From positions 32,001 through 96,000 of IMG/VR virus record IMGVR_UViG_3300035099_000047: a stretch of 64,000 nucleotides of DNA; one strand, written 5' to 3'. Source of the DNA: a virus. Positions within the stretch are counted from its first letter, which is position 1. Every line of letters begins with the position of its first letter. Positions 19,454 through 30,029 of the stretch are shown here, piece by piece. The notes beneath the pieces are model-generated. The model searched no databases, was not told the origin of the DNA, and was given only the letters and a program-made list of their open reading frames with translations. The position numbers were made by a program, and so were the translations under genes.

Positions 19454-20814
19454 AACCGCATCTCCTTTCCCATTTGAATCAAGAGTTCGTCATACACCCC
19501 CAATTGCTCTCCACGGCCATTGCCATCAATGACCTCATTGAATGTTTCCTGCCTACGTTGTATTATACACAAAACCTTCTCTTCAATTGTATCATGAGCC
19601 ACTAAATAATAGACAGAAACGTCCTTGGTCGTGCCGATTCTCCAACACCTGTCTTCATTCTGGATAGCAGTACCGGGGTTCCAAGGCAATTCCGCAATGG
19701 CTACGTTGTGAGCAGCAGTCAGGTTGGTACCAACTCCAGCGGCCTTATGTTCCCCAAACAGTACCCGCACCCGTGGATCTTGTTGAAACTTGTCCGTTAA
19801 GGCCCCTCGCTTGTTGCTAGGCACGCTTCCGTCAATCGTAACAGACGAGTACCTACAACCCTGTCGAAGTCCATCTAGGAACGCTCGATGGTGAGCAAAA
19901 AACACCATCTTCTCTTCACTCTGGTCTAGCCAATTGTTTAGCCAATCTATTACAGCTGGTAGCTTCTCTTGGGATGCCAATCTCATCAAGTACCCAACCT
20001 TTGAGAACCCCTCAGTCTTCAATGCACGACGAGCCTTGACCGTCCCATACTTTTGGATCCAATTGCGAAAATCGTTTTCTGCCCGTTGATACTCATCAGG
20101 ATCTCGCAACGGTACCGGCATTACACAACGGAATTTGTCTGGCAAGTCCTTGAGCACTTCCCGTTTGTTATGGCGCACTAACACCCTACGTTTCAATTCC
20201 TCATGCAATTCATCTAGGTGGCGGGTGTGATTGAAATTCCAACCCCACGGGGTCAATTTGGGTGGGCAGTAGCGTTCGGCATACCTGGCACGATTACCCC
20301 ACACCTTGGGTTGCAAAATGCTGAGCACGGGCCATAGTTCAATGACTCGGTTCAAAAAAGGGGTACCACTGAGTGCCAATACATGAGGAACGTTGAGGCA
20401 AATGGCTCTGGTGCAAATCGTCCTAACGCTACGCGGCGAACTGAGCATCTGACATTCATCAATTATGATTGTTTCAGCCCCGTACCAATACAACCATTTC
20501 ATCCAGTACTGCAAAATGTCATAATTGATGATGACTATATCTGGCCGTTTGCTTTTGTAAACAATATCCCGTGGGGTGGTGGACTCTGCGATGAAAATGT
20601 TTGGGTTATTTAACACCCGCTTGGCCTCCCGTTCCCAATGGAACTTGACGGAAGCGGGGCAGATCACCAGGGCCGGGAGGGCATCAGGATGATGCTTCAG
20701 ATACAGGTAAGACGTGAAGGTCTTACCAAGACCAGGGTCCATCGCCAAAAGAGGACGGCCGTCGAACCACTCGATTTCTCTGAGAGCTTGGATTTGGTAG
20801 GGGTAGGGTATCAC
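19450..20814 (-). CDS. SNF2-family (HARP-like) helicase
   Basis: MDPGLGKT, IIDECQ, LSGTP, GVGTNL, QNEDRCWRIG. Confidence 0.9.
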   Translation of the reverse strand: MIPYPYQIQALREIEWFDGRPLLAMDPGLGKTFTSYLYLKHHPDALPALVICPASVKFHWEREAKRVLNNPNIFIAESTTPRDIVYKSKRPDIVIINYDILQYWMKWLYWYGAETIIIDECQMLSSPRSVRTICTRAICLNVPHVLALSGTPFLNRVIELWPVLSILQPKVWGNRARYAERYCPPKLTPWGWNFNHTRHLDELHEELKRRVLVRHNKREVLKDLPDKFRCVMPVPLRDPDEYQRAENDFRNWIQKYGTVKARRALKTEGFSKVGYLMRLASQEKLPAVIDWLNNWLDQSEEKMVFFAHHRAFLDGLRQGCRYSSVTIDGSVPSNKRGALTDKFQQDPRVRVLFGEHKAAGVGTNLTAAHNVAIAELPWNPGTAIQNEDRCWRIGTTKDVSVYYLVAHDTIEEKVLCIIQRRQETFNEVIDGNGRGEQLGVYDELLIQMGKEMRL

Positions 20815-21434
20815 TCAATGGTTGCTCCCTGAGCCTTTTTCTTACGGTATTCCCCCAGGGCGTCACATATCTTTCCATAAATCTCGGGCCCGATGCCATT
20901 GGCTCGCTGCAAATTGCAAGCCTCTCTGACTAAATCCCCAATGGTGTATAAACCAGCACAGCAAATAAGCAAGTGATTGACATGTTCGGACATCCCTAAC
21001 TGCTCAATAGGAGTCTTGTCAAATCTCAGGGGATCGCCATAATCATTTGGAGGCTCTGACTCACTGATCAGCTGTAGCAGCTTGCTTATGATCTGTTTGT
21101 GTAGTTGTTGGAGTTTGGCATTTTGTCCCTTGGTTAAGTATTTGCGACTGCCCACCTCACCTTCAAACTCCACCCGGCGCACCGGATCCCTGTAAGGTCT
21201 TTGGATATGACCGGATTGGTCCTGCCGTGCAATTCTAACCTCTCTGATGTACACAGACACCAACCGGCCCATTTTTCCAATCGAAGCCAAATAGGGCAAC
21301 ATTGCATAAGTCCATTTCAGGGCTCCCACCATCGCCTCTCCCTCAGTATCAAATTCTACCAAGGTGGATTCATTGCGATGATCGTATCCCGTCAAACGAC
21401 TACGGTAGTTAATGGTGAATTCCCAATACATCAA
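20811..21434 (-). CDS. protein with C-terminal RNA polymerase alpha-CTD-like domain
   Basis: TPIEQLGMSEHVNHLL...AGLYTIGDLV...NGIGP. Confidence 0.6.
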   Translation of the reverse strand: MMYWEFTINYRSRLTGYDHRNESTLVEFDTEGEAMVGALKWTYAMLPYLASIGKMGRLVSVYIREVRIARQDQSGHIQRPYRDPVRRVEFEGEVGSRKYLTKGQNAKLQQLHKQIISKLLQLISESEPPNDYGDPLRFDKTPIEQLGMSEHVNHLLICCAGLYTIGDLVREACNLQRANGIGPEIYGKICDALGEYRKKKAQGATIE

Positions 21435-21838
21435 TCAACTCGCAGGCAAGACTGAAACCTCTATCAACCAATTTTCCTCATTCAGTTCATCTACCAAACT
21501 CCTGGCTTCCAACTCACTGAGTTCCTTTTTGTTTAGATACCCAGCCACAAATCGCGGTTCCCTTTGCGGCCCGCGATCCAAGGTTAGCAGCACGTTGTAC
21601 TTGCCATTACGGCTTTTAATGAACTTAGCAACCATTTTCATTTGATCTCTTGCCTTTCTTCCTTACTGGGGTCTAAAGTGGCCTCGGCCAAGGGGGCCGT
21701 TCGCTGCCGAGGCCAAACCGACTCAAGGAGGGCCGACCCTACCGAAGTTAGCCCAGCAGGTCGGCGACAGCCATCGTTCACCCGACGGTCCCGGCGCAAG
21801 TGAGCAGGCCGCTCTATGAACCTGGGCTAGCAATTCCA

Positions 21839-22186
21839 TTATTTGACCTTGACCTTTCCTACCGCCTTGCCTGTGTAGTTGTAATAAATGATGTCTTTGC
21901 CCCGCTGTTCGGCGCTGCCTAGCAGCTTACCTTCGCGGTTGTAATACCTGGTTCGGTTCCCCCGTTGGATGGACCGACCTTCGTATTTACCCGTGCGGTC
22001 GTAAAATTTGTTGTAGCCAGTGGGACCAAAGATTTGGTCGTTTTGGACCCCCTTGGAATGTCCTACCGTCCGTTGGTGGGTTTGAACTTGAAGTTGGGTT
22101 GGAACAGTCTGGTTGCATTTGGTCAAACACACCGCTAATACTCCCACCAACATCAGTCCGAAACCAGTCTTCATTGTGCCCTCCAA
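21839..22186 (-). CDS. secreted/lipoprotein-like protein with YxxxGK repeats
   Basis: Signal-like N-terminus; YDRTGK, YNREGK, YNYTGK. Confidence 0.5.
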   Translation of the reverse strand: MEGTMKTGFGLMLVGVLAVCLTKCNQTVPTQLQVQTHQRTVGHSKGVQNDQIFGPTGYNKFYDRTGKYEGRSIQRGNRTRYYNREGKLLGSAEQRGKDIIYYNYTGKAVGKVKVK

Positions 22187-22187
22187 T

Positions 22188-22943
22188 CTATTGGCTTTGG
22201 GGAGTGTTGGTCATAGGGACCGCATACATAGTTATTCTACCATTCACGAGCTTGGCCCAGTGATCACTCCAAACGTGTTTGCCAATAATTTCGTTGTTTG
22301 CAATAGTAGCAGACCGCAACTGCTCCGATGAATTGCGTGCACCGTTTCCCCTTTGGTAAGCCAAAAATACCGGAAGGATTTGGTTCAATCGCCTAAAAAT
22401 TCCAGCCTCATTGCTATCCCCATAACGGCGATAGACCACCAAACCATAATAGGTAGGACCTCCGCAGATTACTAGCCGTACCAGTGCCCTCCACAGGAAC
22501 TTACCAGCCTTATCAGGTACGAACACTATGGCAATGTCTGGGTCCGCTAAGTATCGCAATTGTTGGGCCCCCCGCCATGATGCAAAGCAACTTCTATAGT
22601 GTTCAGTCTCGGCCAACCTAAGCAAATCGTTGTGACGACAAGATAACTTAAAGTTGATGGGTTTGAGAACCTTTCCCAACTCACTAGCCCGCTTGTCGTC
22701 AATTCGTCCCCTGCGCAGCAACCATCGCGTGAACTTCGTTCTGCCCCCCTCAGCGGCCCAAAGGTCGTAGGCATTCAACAAATCGGCCGGTACGAGATCC
22801 CTCTGGAAAGGGGCCTCGTACCAGCCTTCTATTTCTAGCAGCTTTTTATGCCGTGGCCGCACGTCCAAACTGCCAACGATCCCACGGCGTCCACCGTTGA
22901 CTGTCTTTGTTCGCTCCCGTTCAATTCGTTGCTCTAACACCAC
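22188..22943 (-). CDS. hypothetical phage protein
   Basis: 251 aa, YRSCF motif. Confidence 0.55.
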   Translation of the reverse strand: MVLEQRIERERTKTVNGGRRGIVGSLDVRPRHKKLLEIEGWYEAPFQRDLVPADLLNAYDLWAAEGGRTKFTRWLLRRGRIDDKRASELGKVLKPINFKLSCRHNDLLRLAETEHYRSCFASWRGAQQLRYLADPDIAIVFVPDKAGKFLWRALVRLVICGGPTYYGLVVYRRYGDSNEAGIFRRLNQILPVFLAYQRGNGARNSSEQLRSATIANNEIIGKHVWSDHWAKLVNGRITMYAVPMTNTPQSQ

Positions 22944-23082
22944 CTTAGCTCCCTTGTTTCCTCCGGCTAGCGAGTCCCCGAAGGGTACGCCATCAAGTCA
23001 GGTTGCCAAGCCTAACCGCCACGGATTTTAAAGAATCAAAAATCATTTGTCTCTAAAGTCCGCTATCTAACACTCACACCCT

Positions 23083-23625
23083 TCAACCCTCCACCAATGC
23101 CTGTTCAACCTCGCTTAACCCATCTATAACCCGAGCAACTGACCACCCCAACTTGACCATGTATTTGACCACCATATGTTTCATGGTGCTTTGGTTGCGC
23201 TTCAAATGCAATGAAGCTAGTTCCGCTGGCCCTTCTATTATAGCTGTCAGGATTGTACGAGCATCATCACTCAATTCTTGAGTCAAACTATCAAACCAAC
23301 CAATATAGCCCTGCCGGATATAGTCCTGCCGAATTAAACCCTGCCGTTGGTCCAAGACTTCCGGATCAATGTTCCTGATATGCTGGCGACGGTAATCGTG
23401 AACCAGATCTTTCATCGTGTTTTCTAACACCTTGTGCAAGTAGGTGGTAAATCGCACGCTCTTGTCTGGGTCCCAATACTTATAAGCGTAGCAGTAAGCC
23501 AACTGGCCTTCGGCCACACAATCCTCCAATGGAATACCAGTTTTGCGGTGGCACCTCCAAGCCACCTTGTAAATGAGTTGTTTCACGTCTCGAAACGTTT
23601 CTGAGCAAGCATCAGTTGTTACCAT
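23083..23625 (-). CDS. sigma-70-like factor (region 2)
   Basis: LIYKVA...LEDCVAEG...WDPDKSVRFTTYL. Confidence 0.7.
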   Translation of the reverse strand: MVTTDACSETFRDVKQLIYKVAWRCHRKTGIPLEDCVAEGQLAYCYAYKYWDPDKSVRFTTYLHKVLENTMKDLVHDYRRQHIRNIDPEVLDQRQGLIRQDYIRQGYIGWFDSLTQELSDDARTILTAIIEGPAELASLHLKRNQSTMKHMVVKYMVKLGWSVARVIDGLSEVEQALVEG

Positions 23626-23670
23626 GGTAAATCCTTTTCCAAATTGAGCCTTGTCACTGCTGAAAGCCCC

Positions 23671-23699
23671 AGTATACGCGAAACCGTAAACCGGGTCAA
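23671..23699 (-). promoter_or_regulatory. sigma70-type promoter
   Basis: TTGACC-17nt-TATACT. Confidence 0.65.
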
Positions 23700-23707
23700 T
23701 ACCCTTA

Positions 23708-24007
23708 TCAGGGGGTTTTCACTGGATTTTTTTGCCAACACTCGACGATCCGGTAAGCCCATTTAGCCCCATAATCTATGTGACCCATTGCATATCGCTC
23801 AGCCGCTTCAATTTCTTCCAAAGACAACACCCGCAACCCATGTTGCTGGGCGTAATCCCTAGCAGCTGACCAAACTGCTTTCCGCTCACTCAAAATCCAT
23901 TCCTCAACGGGCTTCTCAGGACGCTTTTTAGCCTCGTTCTGGAAAGTGTCATATAGCAATTGAGCCGGTTCTGTTTTAGGTCGAAAGAAACCTTGCATGT
24001 TACTCAT
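23708..24007 (-). CDS. hypothetical protein
   Basis: 99 aa, strong RBS GGAGG. Confidence 0.55.
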   Translation of the reverse strand: MSNMQGFFRPKTEPAQLLYDTFQNEAKKRPEKPVEEWILSERKAVWSAARDYAQQHGLRVLSLEEIEAAERYAMGHIDYGAKWAYRIVECWQKNPVKTP

Positions 24008-24571
24008 TTCACCTCCTCCTTTCTCACTCCGTCGGTTACACAGACAACACGGTGAGGTATCAACCTTTTGATCTCCTTGGCCGCTCTCAAGGCTTCCTCC
24101 CTACTACCGTAGACCTTCTGATTAGCAGGCTGAACACTGGCCGGGATGCCCCGATGCTGCTTGGTGATGTACCATTTCATGCTAGTCCCTCCACACAAAC
24201 ATACCGGACCAGGACGCAAATTGTTTCAGCGACATTTTCTCAATAGCATCCGCCACATTGGGCCGGACTGAACACGGCAAAGGCCCCAAATGCCCAGTCC
24301 GTTTGGCCTCGGCATACCGCTGCTGGGCTCGCTTAACCGCGGCAGCAGAAATCCTTTTCCCAGAACGCAAGAACCACCTGGTCATGTTCGAGCCCTTTCC
24401 CCACCCAGGTATTGATGCCATCTCCCTCACACAGGCTGCCTGTTTGATTCTACCTTTCATGTTCCTGCTCCGTTCGCTGGCTCATTTGAATCTTCCCTCG
24501 GCAACTAACCATTGTGGCATTCCAAGCAGCTTGGGCTACCCCTTGAAAACAGCCGATTAGCTCTCTCATCT

Positions 24572-25261
24572 CTATTGCCCGAGTAATGCATTTGGTTTCA
24601 CCGGTCGGAACATCCACTGTTCGCTTGTAGTAACATGGTTTTTTCGCACAAATTTAGCCACGTATCTCTCGGAATCCGCATAGGGAAAACTTTCAGCTAG
24701 CCGTACCACGTAGCCCTCTGCTCCTGTTGGGGGTCCACCAGGCGATTCAAAGGATGGAAAGATGCTTGTTCCCCTCCAACTCTCGTGGAACTTTGCATCC
24801 CAAATGCCATTGTAAAGTACCGGCACGGTTTGAATGCCTAACAGTTCGCACAACTCTGCGGTTTCTTTCCAAGACAAACATTTGTTCTGTTCGTCATAGA
24901 TGCCAAAAGCAAAGAAATAGGTGGGCAGGTTGGTGTAGAAAATAGAGTGGTATGCATAGAGGTTTTCCCCACAAACCCTGTAACCAGCAGGGATATTATA
25001 GGCCCATTCAGAGGCAAATGCCTTCATCCAGGAACGGGAAGGGTGTGAGCCACTATCTAAGGAGCGGGCGTGAATCCAACCGTCTGGATAGACGGTGGTG
25101 CATTCTCCATCCAGCTTCTCTGTGATGACAACCTCTTTATCTTCAAAAACGGCAACGGCACAGTCGCTCCACCGCAAGTCGTCGCTGGAAATCAACTGCG
25201 ACCATGGCAAATGATGGGTGCGAGGGTATTTAGTCCTTTGCATGGTACACCTCAAACACAT
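24572..25261 (-). CDS. RNA ligase-family nucleotidyltransferase
   Basis: KYPRTHHLPWS, TEKLDG, GENL, EGYVVR, AKFVR. Confidence 0.85.
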   Translation of the reverse strand: MCLRCTMQRTKYPRTHHLPWSQLISSDDLRWSDCAVAVFEDKEVVITEKLDGECTTVYPDGWIHARSLDSGSHPSRSWMKAFASEWAYNIPAGYRVCGENLYAYHSIFYTNLPTYFFAFGIYDEQNKCLSWKETAELCELLGIQTVPVLYNGIWDAKFHESWRGTSIFPSFESPGGPPTGAEGYVVRLAESFPYADSERYVAKFVRKNHVTTSEQWMFRPVKPNALLGQ

Positions 25262-25306
25262 CGAATTTAGCCGTCATTGGTCTTGCTTTTCCCTCACAAC
25301 ACCGTT

Positions 25307-25335
25307 ATTATACGGTTTCTTGCGTTGCAGGTCAA
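25307..25335 (-). promoter_or_regulatory. sigma70-type early promoter
   Basis: TTGACC-17nt-TATAAT. Confidence 0.75.
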
Positions 25336-25774
25336 TAGGAAAACTGAAAAATTCCTCACGAAGTTTGAGAATTTGCCTTGGCCATGATGCGAATGAAGAC
25401 CTTGCGCTGTTTGGGGGTCATGCGATCTATGCCATAGATGGACATCAAAAAATTACGTTCCCAGTCGTTCAACCGGTTACTTTCAATTACAGCCACAATC
25501 CTTGCATCCAAGCTCATCCTCCCTGCCGAACCAGAAGAAGGGCTATTAGGGTTGTCAGTAATTTGAACAGGACCGCCGATACCCTGCCCGTATGGGCCAA
25601 TTTTATACCTCACTGTTGAATCTCCTTTTTTAACAACAATCACAAAATGGGGGCAGCCGCACTGCTTTAGGCCCCTATCCTCCTATTCAACGTCCTGTAT
25701 CCAAAAAGGCAGGGTTGGACTTACTGCATGTCAGGCTAGTAGGGTTGCTGACGGTTGCCAATCCTGACACCATC

Positions 25775-26818
25775 CTACAAAGCCACTTCCAAATTAGCAA
25801 ACTTGCAAGCCATTGCCAAGGCTCGCTTTTTCATATCCCGGCCGGGCCCAAACATCGTCACATTGAAGCGGGCTTCCGCTTTTTGCTGTCGTGTGGCCCC
25901 CCTGCGGGGAAGGTGGTCGATGTGTTCAACCACGGCGTTGTAAGCAGCCCAGCAAGTGTTCTCCATGCCTTCTAGCGTGTTCCGCTCATTGTGATAACAA
26001 CTGGCAATGGCTAACCGTGTGTCGGCCAATCGCTCAGCCCGCAGCTCACTGTAGTCCGGATCTCGGGGGTCCAACTCCGGGCACATCAGGTTCAAGTAAT
26101 CCCGCCACTCCTGAGCAGTCAGCTTACGCTGAGCCAACTGCTTGCCGATTTCAGCGTACTGAGCAAATTGATTGCTAGCCACCCCAAGAATGTTGCGGGC
26201 TTGGGACAATTTGCTCTCAATGTTACCCATATGCCGAACACTCAATTCCTTGACAGTACCACTCCCCACTGCTAATGCATAAGTGTTGGCGCACACAACA
26301 CGGACCGCCGTTGGCCCGAACCGAATCGCCTCTGAACCATCGTGGCTCAAGCTCAACAGAATGTAGGGCAGAATGTGATCGCCTTTGACCACTTCCTGCA
26401 CTCCTGGCATGCGAGCCAACATGCAAACCTTGCGACCACCGTACAAGCTGAAAGCGCTCTCGTACAACATCTCGTGGTTTTCCACAAGCTTGTCCAGGAA
26501 TGCGAAAGCCTCTTGGTTCTGCACCACCTTGTAATTGTTGGTAACCAGGCCCATCAGGGCATTGGTGTCCTGACGCACGTTGGCTTTGAAGCCCTCTTGG
26601 TAGTGCCAAATGGTCTTGACCTCGTCCGGGCTAACCGGCACCTCCTCCCCAACGGCAACAGGCCGTTGGACGATTAACCAATCCAGCCCACCTTCCTTGA
26701 GACACTCCAGACTGGTCATGGGGTGGTCAAACACCTTGCCCAAGCCATGCCATGCCGGCTCCATGGCAAACACTGCCTCAGCAAACCCATCCTCTCGAAT
26801 CGTGATCTCGTGACTCAT
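25775..26818 (-). CDS. DUF932 family protein
   Basis: PAWHGLG, YKVVQNQEAF, SHDGS, RVVCANT, WAAYNAV. Confidence 0.85.
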   Translation of the reverse strand: MSHEITIREDGFAEAVFAMEPAWHGLGKVFDHPMTSLECLKEGGLDWLIVQRPVAVGEEVPVSPDEVKTIWHYQEGFKANVRQDTNALMGLVTNNYKVVQNQEAFAFLDKLVENHEMLYESAFSLYGGRKVCMLARMPGVQEVVKGDHILPYILLSLSHDGSEAIRFGPTAVRVVCANTYALAVGSGTVKELSVRHMGNIESKLSQARNILGVASNQFAQYAEIGKQLAQRKLTAQEWRDYLNLMCPELDPRDPDYSELRAERLADTRLAIASCYHNERNTLEGMENTCWAAYNAVVEHIDHLPRRGATRQQKAEARFNVTMFGPGRDMKKRALAMACKFANLEVAL

Positions 26819-27030
26819 ACTCGGTTCTCCTCATTGTCACTCGCTATAGTGATCTCAACCGCTGGATTGCCAGCCAATACCAAGCCTCGTTGAGGATCAT
26901 CGCCCAATGGATGAACGGAACAGGGATTCATCACCCCCATATCGTGTAACAGGGCCCCAACACCAGAGGCCAACACCTCGCTCTCTAGTTCCAGCCCACT
27001 CGGGTAGACAAATGTCACCTTGAACCTCAT
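26815..27030 (-). CDS. hypothetical protein (start revised to ATG 27030)
   Basis: RBS AAGGAG downstream of the promoter at 27055-27083. Confidence 0.5.
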   Translation of the reverse strand: MRFKVTFVYPSGLELESEVLASGVGALLHDMGVMNPCSVHPLGDDPQRGLVLAGNPAVEITIASDNEENRV

Positions 27031-27054
27031 TGTGTTGCTCCTTACACCACCTTT

Positions 27055-27083
27055 ATTATACGGTTTCTGTGCTTGCAAGTCAA
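27055..27083 (-). promoter_or_regulatory. sigma70-type early promoter
   Basis: TTGACT-17nt-TATAAT. Confidence 0.75.
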
Positions 27084-27420
27084 CAAAAAACTGGTAATTC
27101 CTGAAAATAATTCCAGGATAGGTCAAAAACCCCCTTTCAGGTTTTGGATCAACCTGTTCATTTGACTAATCGCTCATCCGGGGGTATCCGATACCACTCA
27201 GAAGCATATCGCAGAATGAATACTATCCACCTTGCAATATTATCAGGATCCTCTTCTACCGTTCCGTTTCTGCGCCATTTGGCGATCCGCTCATCGAGGT
27301 ATGCAGCAACCTTCTTCATGGCTGCCTTGGTTTTGTCACTCACTTCACCAGCGGGTTCGATGTAAGGCATGAGAAATGGTCCTTGACTACTGTGCCAAAA
27401 TACAACTAAACAACGAGCCA

Positions 27421-27672
27421 TCAAACTTTCGCTGGAACTTGCTTCCATTGCCTTACCATTTCGGGGGTCCACCAACCATGCCCCCTGGGCCTATGGTCCG
27501 GCAACGGGTACGCCTCCCCAACCTCTATCTCCAGGATGACACTCCGTTGAGTCCTTTTGCCCCAATCCGCCGCCGACTGGTAGAATCTCCAAAACCTCAC
27601 AGGGGGTAAAATACAGCCTGTGGAAACATACCTAGCTAACTTCGCGGGGGTGGTCACATGATACCCTACCAT
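27421..27672 (-). CDS. small protein, possible ADP-ribosyltransferase-like fold
   Basis: YHVT...GCILP...VILEIEV pattern; weak. Confidence 0.3.
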   Translation of the reverse strand: MVGYHVTTPAKLARYVSTGCILPPVRFWRFYQSAADWGKRTQRSVILEIEVGEAYPLPDHRPRGHGWWTPEMVRQWKQVPAKV

Positions 27673-27879
27673 TTTCCTCTTCCCTAAAGAATCTGACCAA
27701 TGCCCGCAAAAAAGCGTCTTGCACCTCCTTGGAACATGAATCAACCAACATGTGGTCCAGAAACAGCGGGATAAGATAGTCGCCCCGCCTTTCGATCTTG
27801 GACAGCTTGGACACTTCCCTATCGAACACCAAGCTCAGTACATTCCAATCCATAGCAGTCTCCTTTCATTCACTGCCTT

Positions 27880-28158
27880 TCAACATCGTGCGCGATGCAG
27901 CAGACGACGGAATTGGATTTCTTGTTCGAGAGCGGTGAACACGTCCGCGACCAAGCGAATCATTATGTTGGCGCGTCCATCCAGCAATCGGGTGACGAAC
28001 CCCTTGCTTCTTCCCATCCGCCGGGCAAGCTCCGCGCGGGTGACACCTTCCCTCTCCATGACTTCACAAATCAACTCGGTCAATTCAAGCATCGCCCGCT
28101 CTCGGTTGAATCCCCGCTTTCCCATCTCGGTTGAAACAACCTTTTTAACAAACGTCAT
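27880..28158 (-). CDS. XRE-family HTH protein
   Basis: GVTRAELARRMGRSKGFVTRLLDG. Confidence 0.8.
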   Translation of the reverse strand: MTFVKKVVSTEMGKRGFNRERAMLELTELICEVMEREGVTRAELARRMGRSKGFVTRLLDGRANIMIRLVADVFTALEQEIQFRRLLHRARC

Positions 28159-28439
28159 AATACATCCTCCGTCACGGTCTGATTGGATGCCGCCTTCGCT
28201 TTCAAAACAGCGGCTACGGGATCAAGATCATAAAATACTTGGCCTGGCATCCCGGGGGACTTGTATGCCATAAATACTCCGTTCTTACCCCCAAGGTACC
28301 TTCTGACCACATCAACGGCCCCAGACCGAAGCGACTCCCACGCTTCATGCTTCCGCTCTTGTTCGTCACTCATTATTGTGCTCCTTTACTAATCTTCACC
28401 ATTCCCACCCCTGCCGCAGCAGAGGTGGAGGGGAGGTAG

Positions 28440-28826
28440 TTAGGTCTTCGGGGTCTTTTGTAGGACGACACTCAATTCTGGCTCCGCACCACCAAAGGCG
28501 GTGCGGACCATCTCCGGCTCGCCGTTAATGGCGGCGAGCCTGTCGAGGTCCCCATCAATGGGGACCTCGATGAGGTCTGGCCTGGGCAAGTGCTCTGTCC
28601 CGCGCTTCGCGCCCAGAAACGCGGGGGGAATATCGGACTTTCCGGAGGCCCAGAGTTCGAGGGCCTCGAGGATGCCCGCGGTATAGCGGACATCGCCCCA
28701 ATAGCCCCTGAACTGTTCCGCTCGCTCTACATCGTCGGCGAGCGCCGCCAAGCACAACTTGCGGGCTAGCTTGTAGCCCGGCATGGCCCGACGGCCGCAC
28801 TGGTGTTCGCCCCAGTAGGTCAACAT
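28440..28826 (-). CDS. hypothetical protein (GC-rich island)
   Basis: RBS AAGGAG, 128 aa. Confidence 0.5.
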   Translation of the reverse strand: MLTYWGEHQCGRRAMPGYKLARKLCLAALADDVERAEQFRGYWGDVRYTAGILEALELWASGKSDIPPAFLGAKRGTEHLPRPDLIEVPIDGDLDRLAAINGEPEMVRTAFGGAEPELSVVLQKTPKT

Positions 28827-28920
28827 GTTTTTTCTCCTTGCTTTCCCGGCCTGTTCTCCGGCCAGGTCCGAGTTGCCAGCACCATGCCGGTCCGACTATC
28901 CAAAAAACACCCGAGTAGGC

Positions 28921-29250
28921 TCATGGTGAGGTCCTCCACGTTATCACATACCAGTCAACCCAGGCCTCCCAGCTTCCGAAAGTAGCTCCTTCTGGGAGCC
29001 GCAGGCCCCTATACTGCCCAACCAGGGCTGGGCAATTCGGGGCCAAAGTAACAGAGACCCACCGAGGCTCAACGGGGACCCCGAGCAGGTTGGAGAAGAT
29101 CGCCGCCGTGTCAGCATGGCCGACTGCGGACTCAACACCCTTGCTGCGGCACATGGCCGCAGCCTCGCCAGCGCTGATGACCCGGACTTCTAAATTCCCC
29201 AAGGGGGAATCCGGGAGCATGTTCAGCGAAATCGCATTTAGCAACAACAT
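28921..29250 (-). CDS. acrIII-1: DUF1874/STIV B116-family protein; putative AcrIII-1 cA4 ring nuclease
   Basis: LLNAISLNML, SAVGHADTA (catalytic GH), LLGVPV, RLPEG; likely start ATG 29250. Confidence 0.75.
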   Translation of the reverse strand: MLLLNAISLNMLPDSPLGNLEVRVISAGEAAAMCRSKGVESAVGHADTAAIFSNLLGVPVEPRWVSVTLAPNCPALVGQYRGLRLPEGATFGSWEAWVDWYVITWRTSP

Positions 29251-29270
29251 TTTCGGCTTCTTAAGATGCT

Positions 29271-29319
29271 TGACTGCCACCACCCCGCTTCTCTCGGCGA
29301 GAGGGGCGGGGGGCAGTCA
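29271..29319. repeat. GC-rich stem-loop, one of three related copies
   Basis: TGACTGCC..CCCCGC..GCGGGG..GGCAGTCA; relatives at about 28403-28442 and 29612-29663. Confidence 0.6.
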
Positions 29320-29673
29320 CTACTCCTCCTCCTCAACCGCCCTCATTGGTCACTTGCGGCGCTTTGCGCCGGGAGATTTGGATGATACGCGGTTCGGCGC
29401 CACCGCACAGCACCCAATTGTGCACGTCGAACCACGTCTTCTCTAGCCGGATTCTTTCATGCTCTAGCCTGTCAAATACCGGCTGTGCGATGGCCCTGCG
29501 CGCTAGACAGCGCGCCCGCAGGTCTTCGCCCTTGATGTCGTTGTTGGTCATGGGTTCTCTCCTTTTTTGCTTTTTTGTCCTGTAGACACACGGCTTCAAC
29601 CGCTGGCCTATTGACTGCCCTCACCCCGCCCCTGCTGCAAGAGTGGCGGAGGGGAGGCGGTCACTCACCAACC

Positions 29674-29997
29674 CTACAGCTTGCCATTCTTTGCCACAAC
29701 CCGCACATTGGTTTGTGACTTGGTGGAAGTGTGGGCAGCAACCAGCTGGTAGTTAGGTTCCAGCTTTTCACAGATGGCCTTGTAATCCACCCTAACTGCG
29801 TCAAAGGTGGAAACCGTAGCCCGAAACAACTCCCCCTCCACCGCCTTCTCCCCCGATTCCTTGAGCAACTGTTTGAGGCATTCTTCCCGCTTGGAAAGCT
29901 CCGCCTTTTGGGCCAGCAATAACCCCAACTCGTCCACCACCACCCCCAAATCCACCCCCCGCTCAACTCCCCGATCCAACTCAGCAATCGCAATCAT
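29674..29997 (-). CDS. hypothetical coiled-coil phage protein
   Basis: VDELGLLLAQKAELSKRE; directly downstream of a promoter. Confidence 0.6.
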   Translation of the reverse strand: MIAIAELDRGVERGVDLGVVVDELGLLLAQKAELSKREECLKQLLKESGEKAVEGELFRATVSTFDAVRVDYKAICEKLEPNYQLVAAHTSTKSQTNVRVVAKNGKL

Positions 29998-30029
29998 CTC
30001 ATCCCTCCTTTTTTCCTCACGACACCTTT

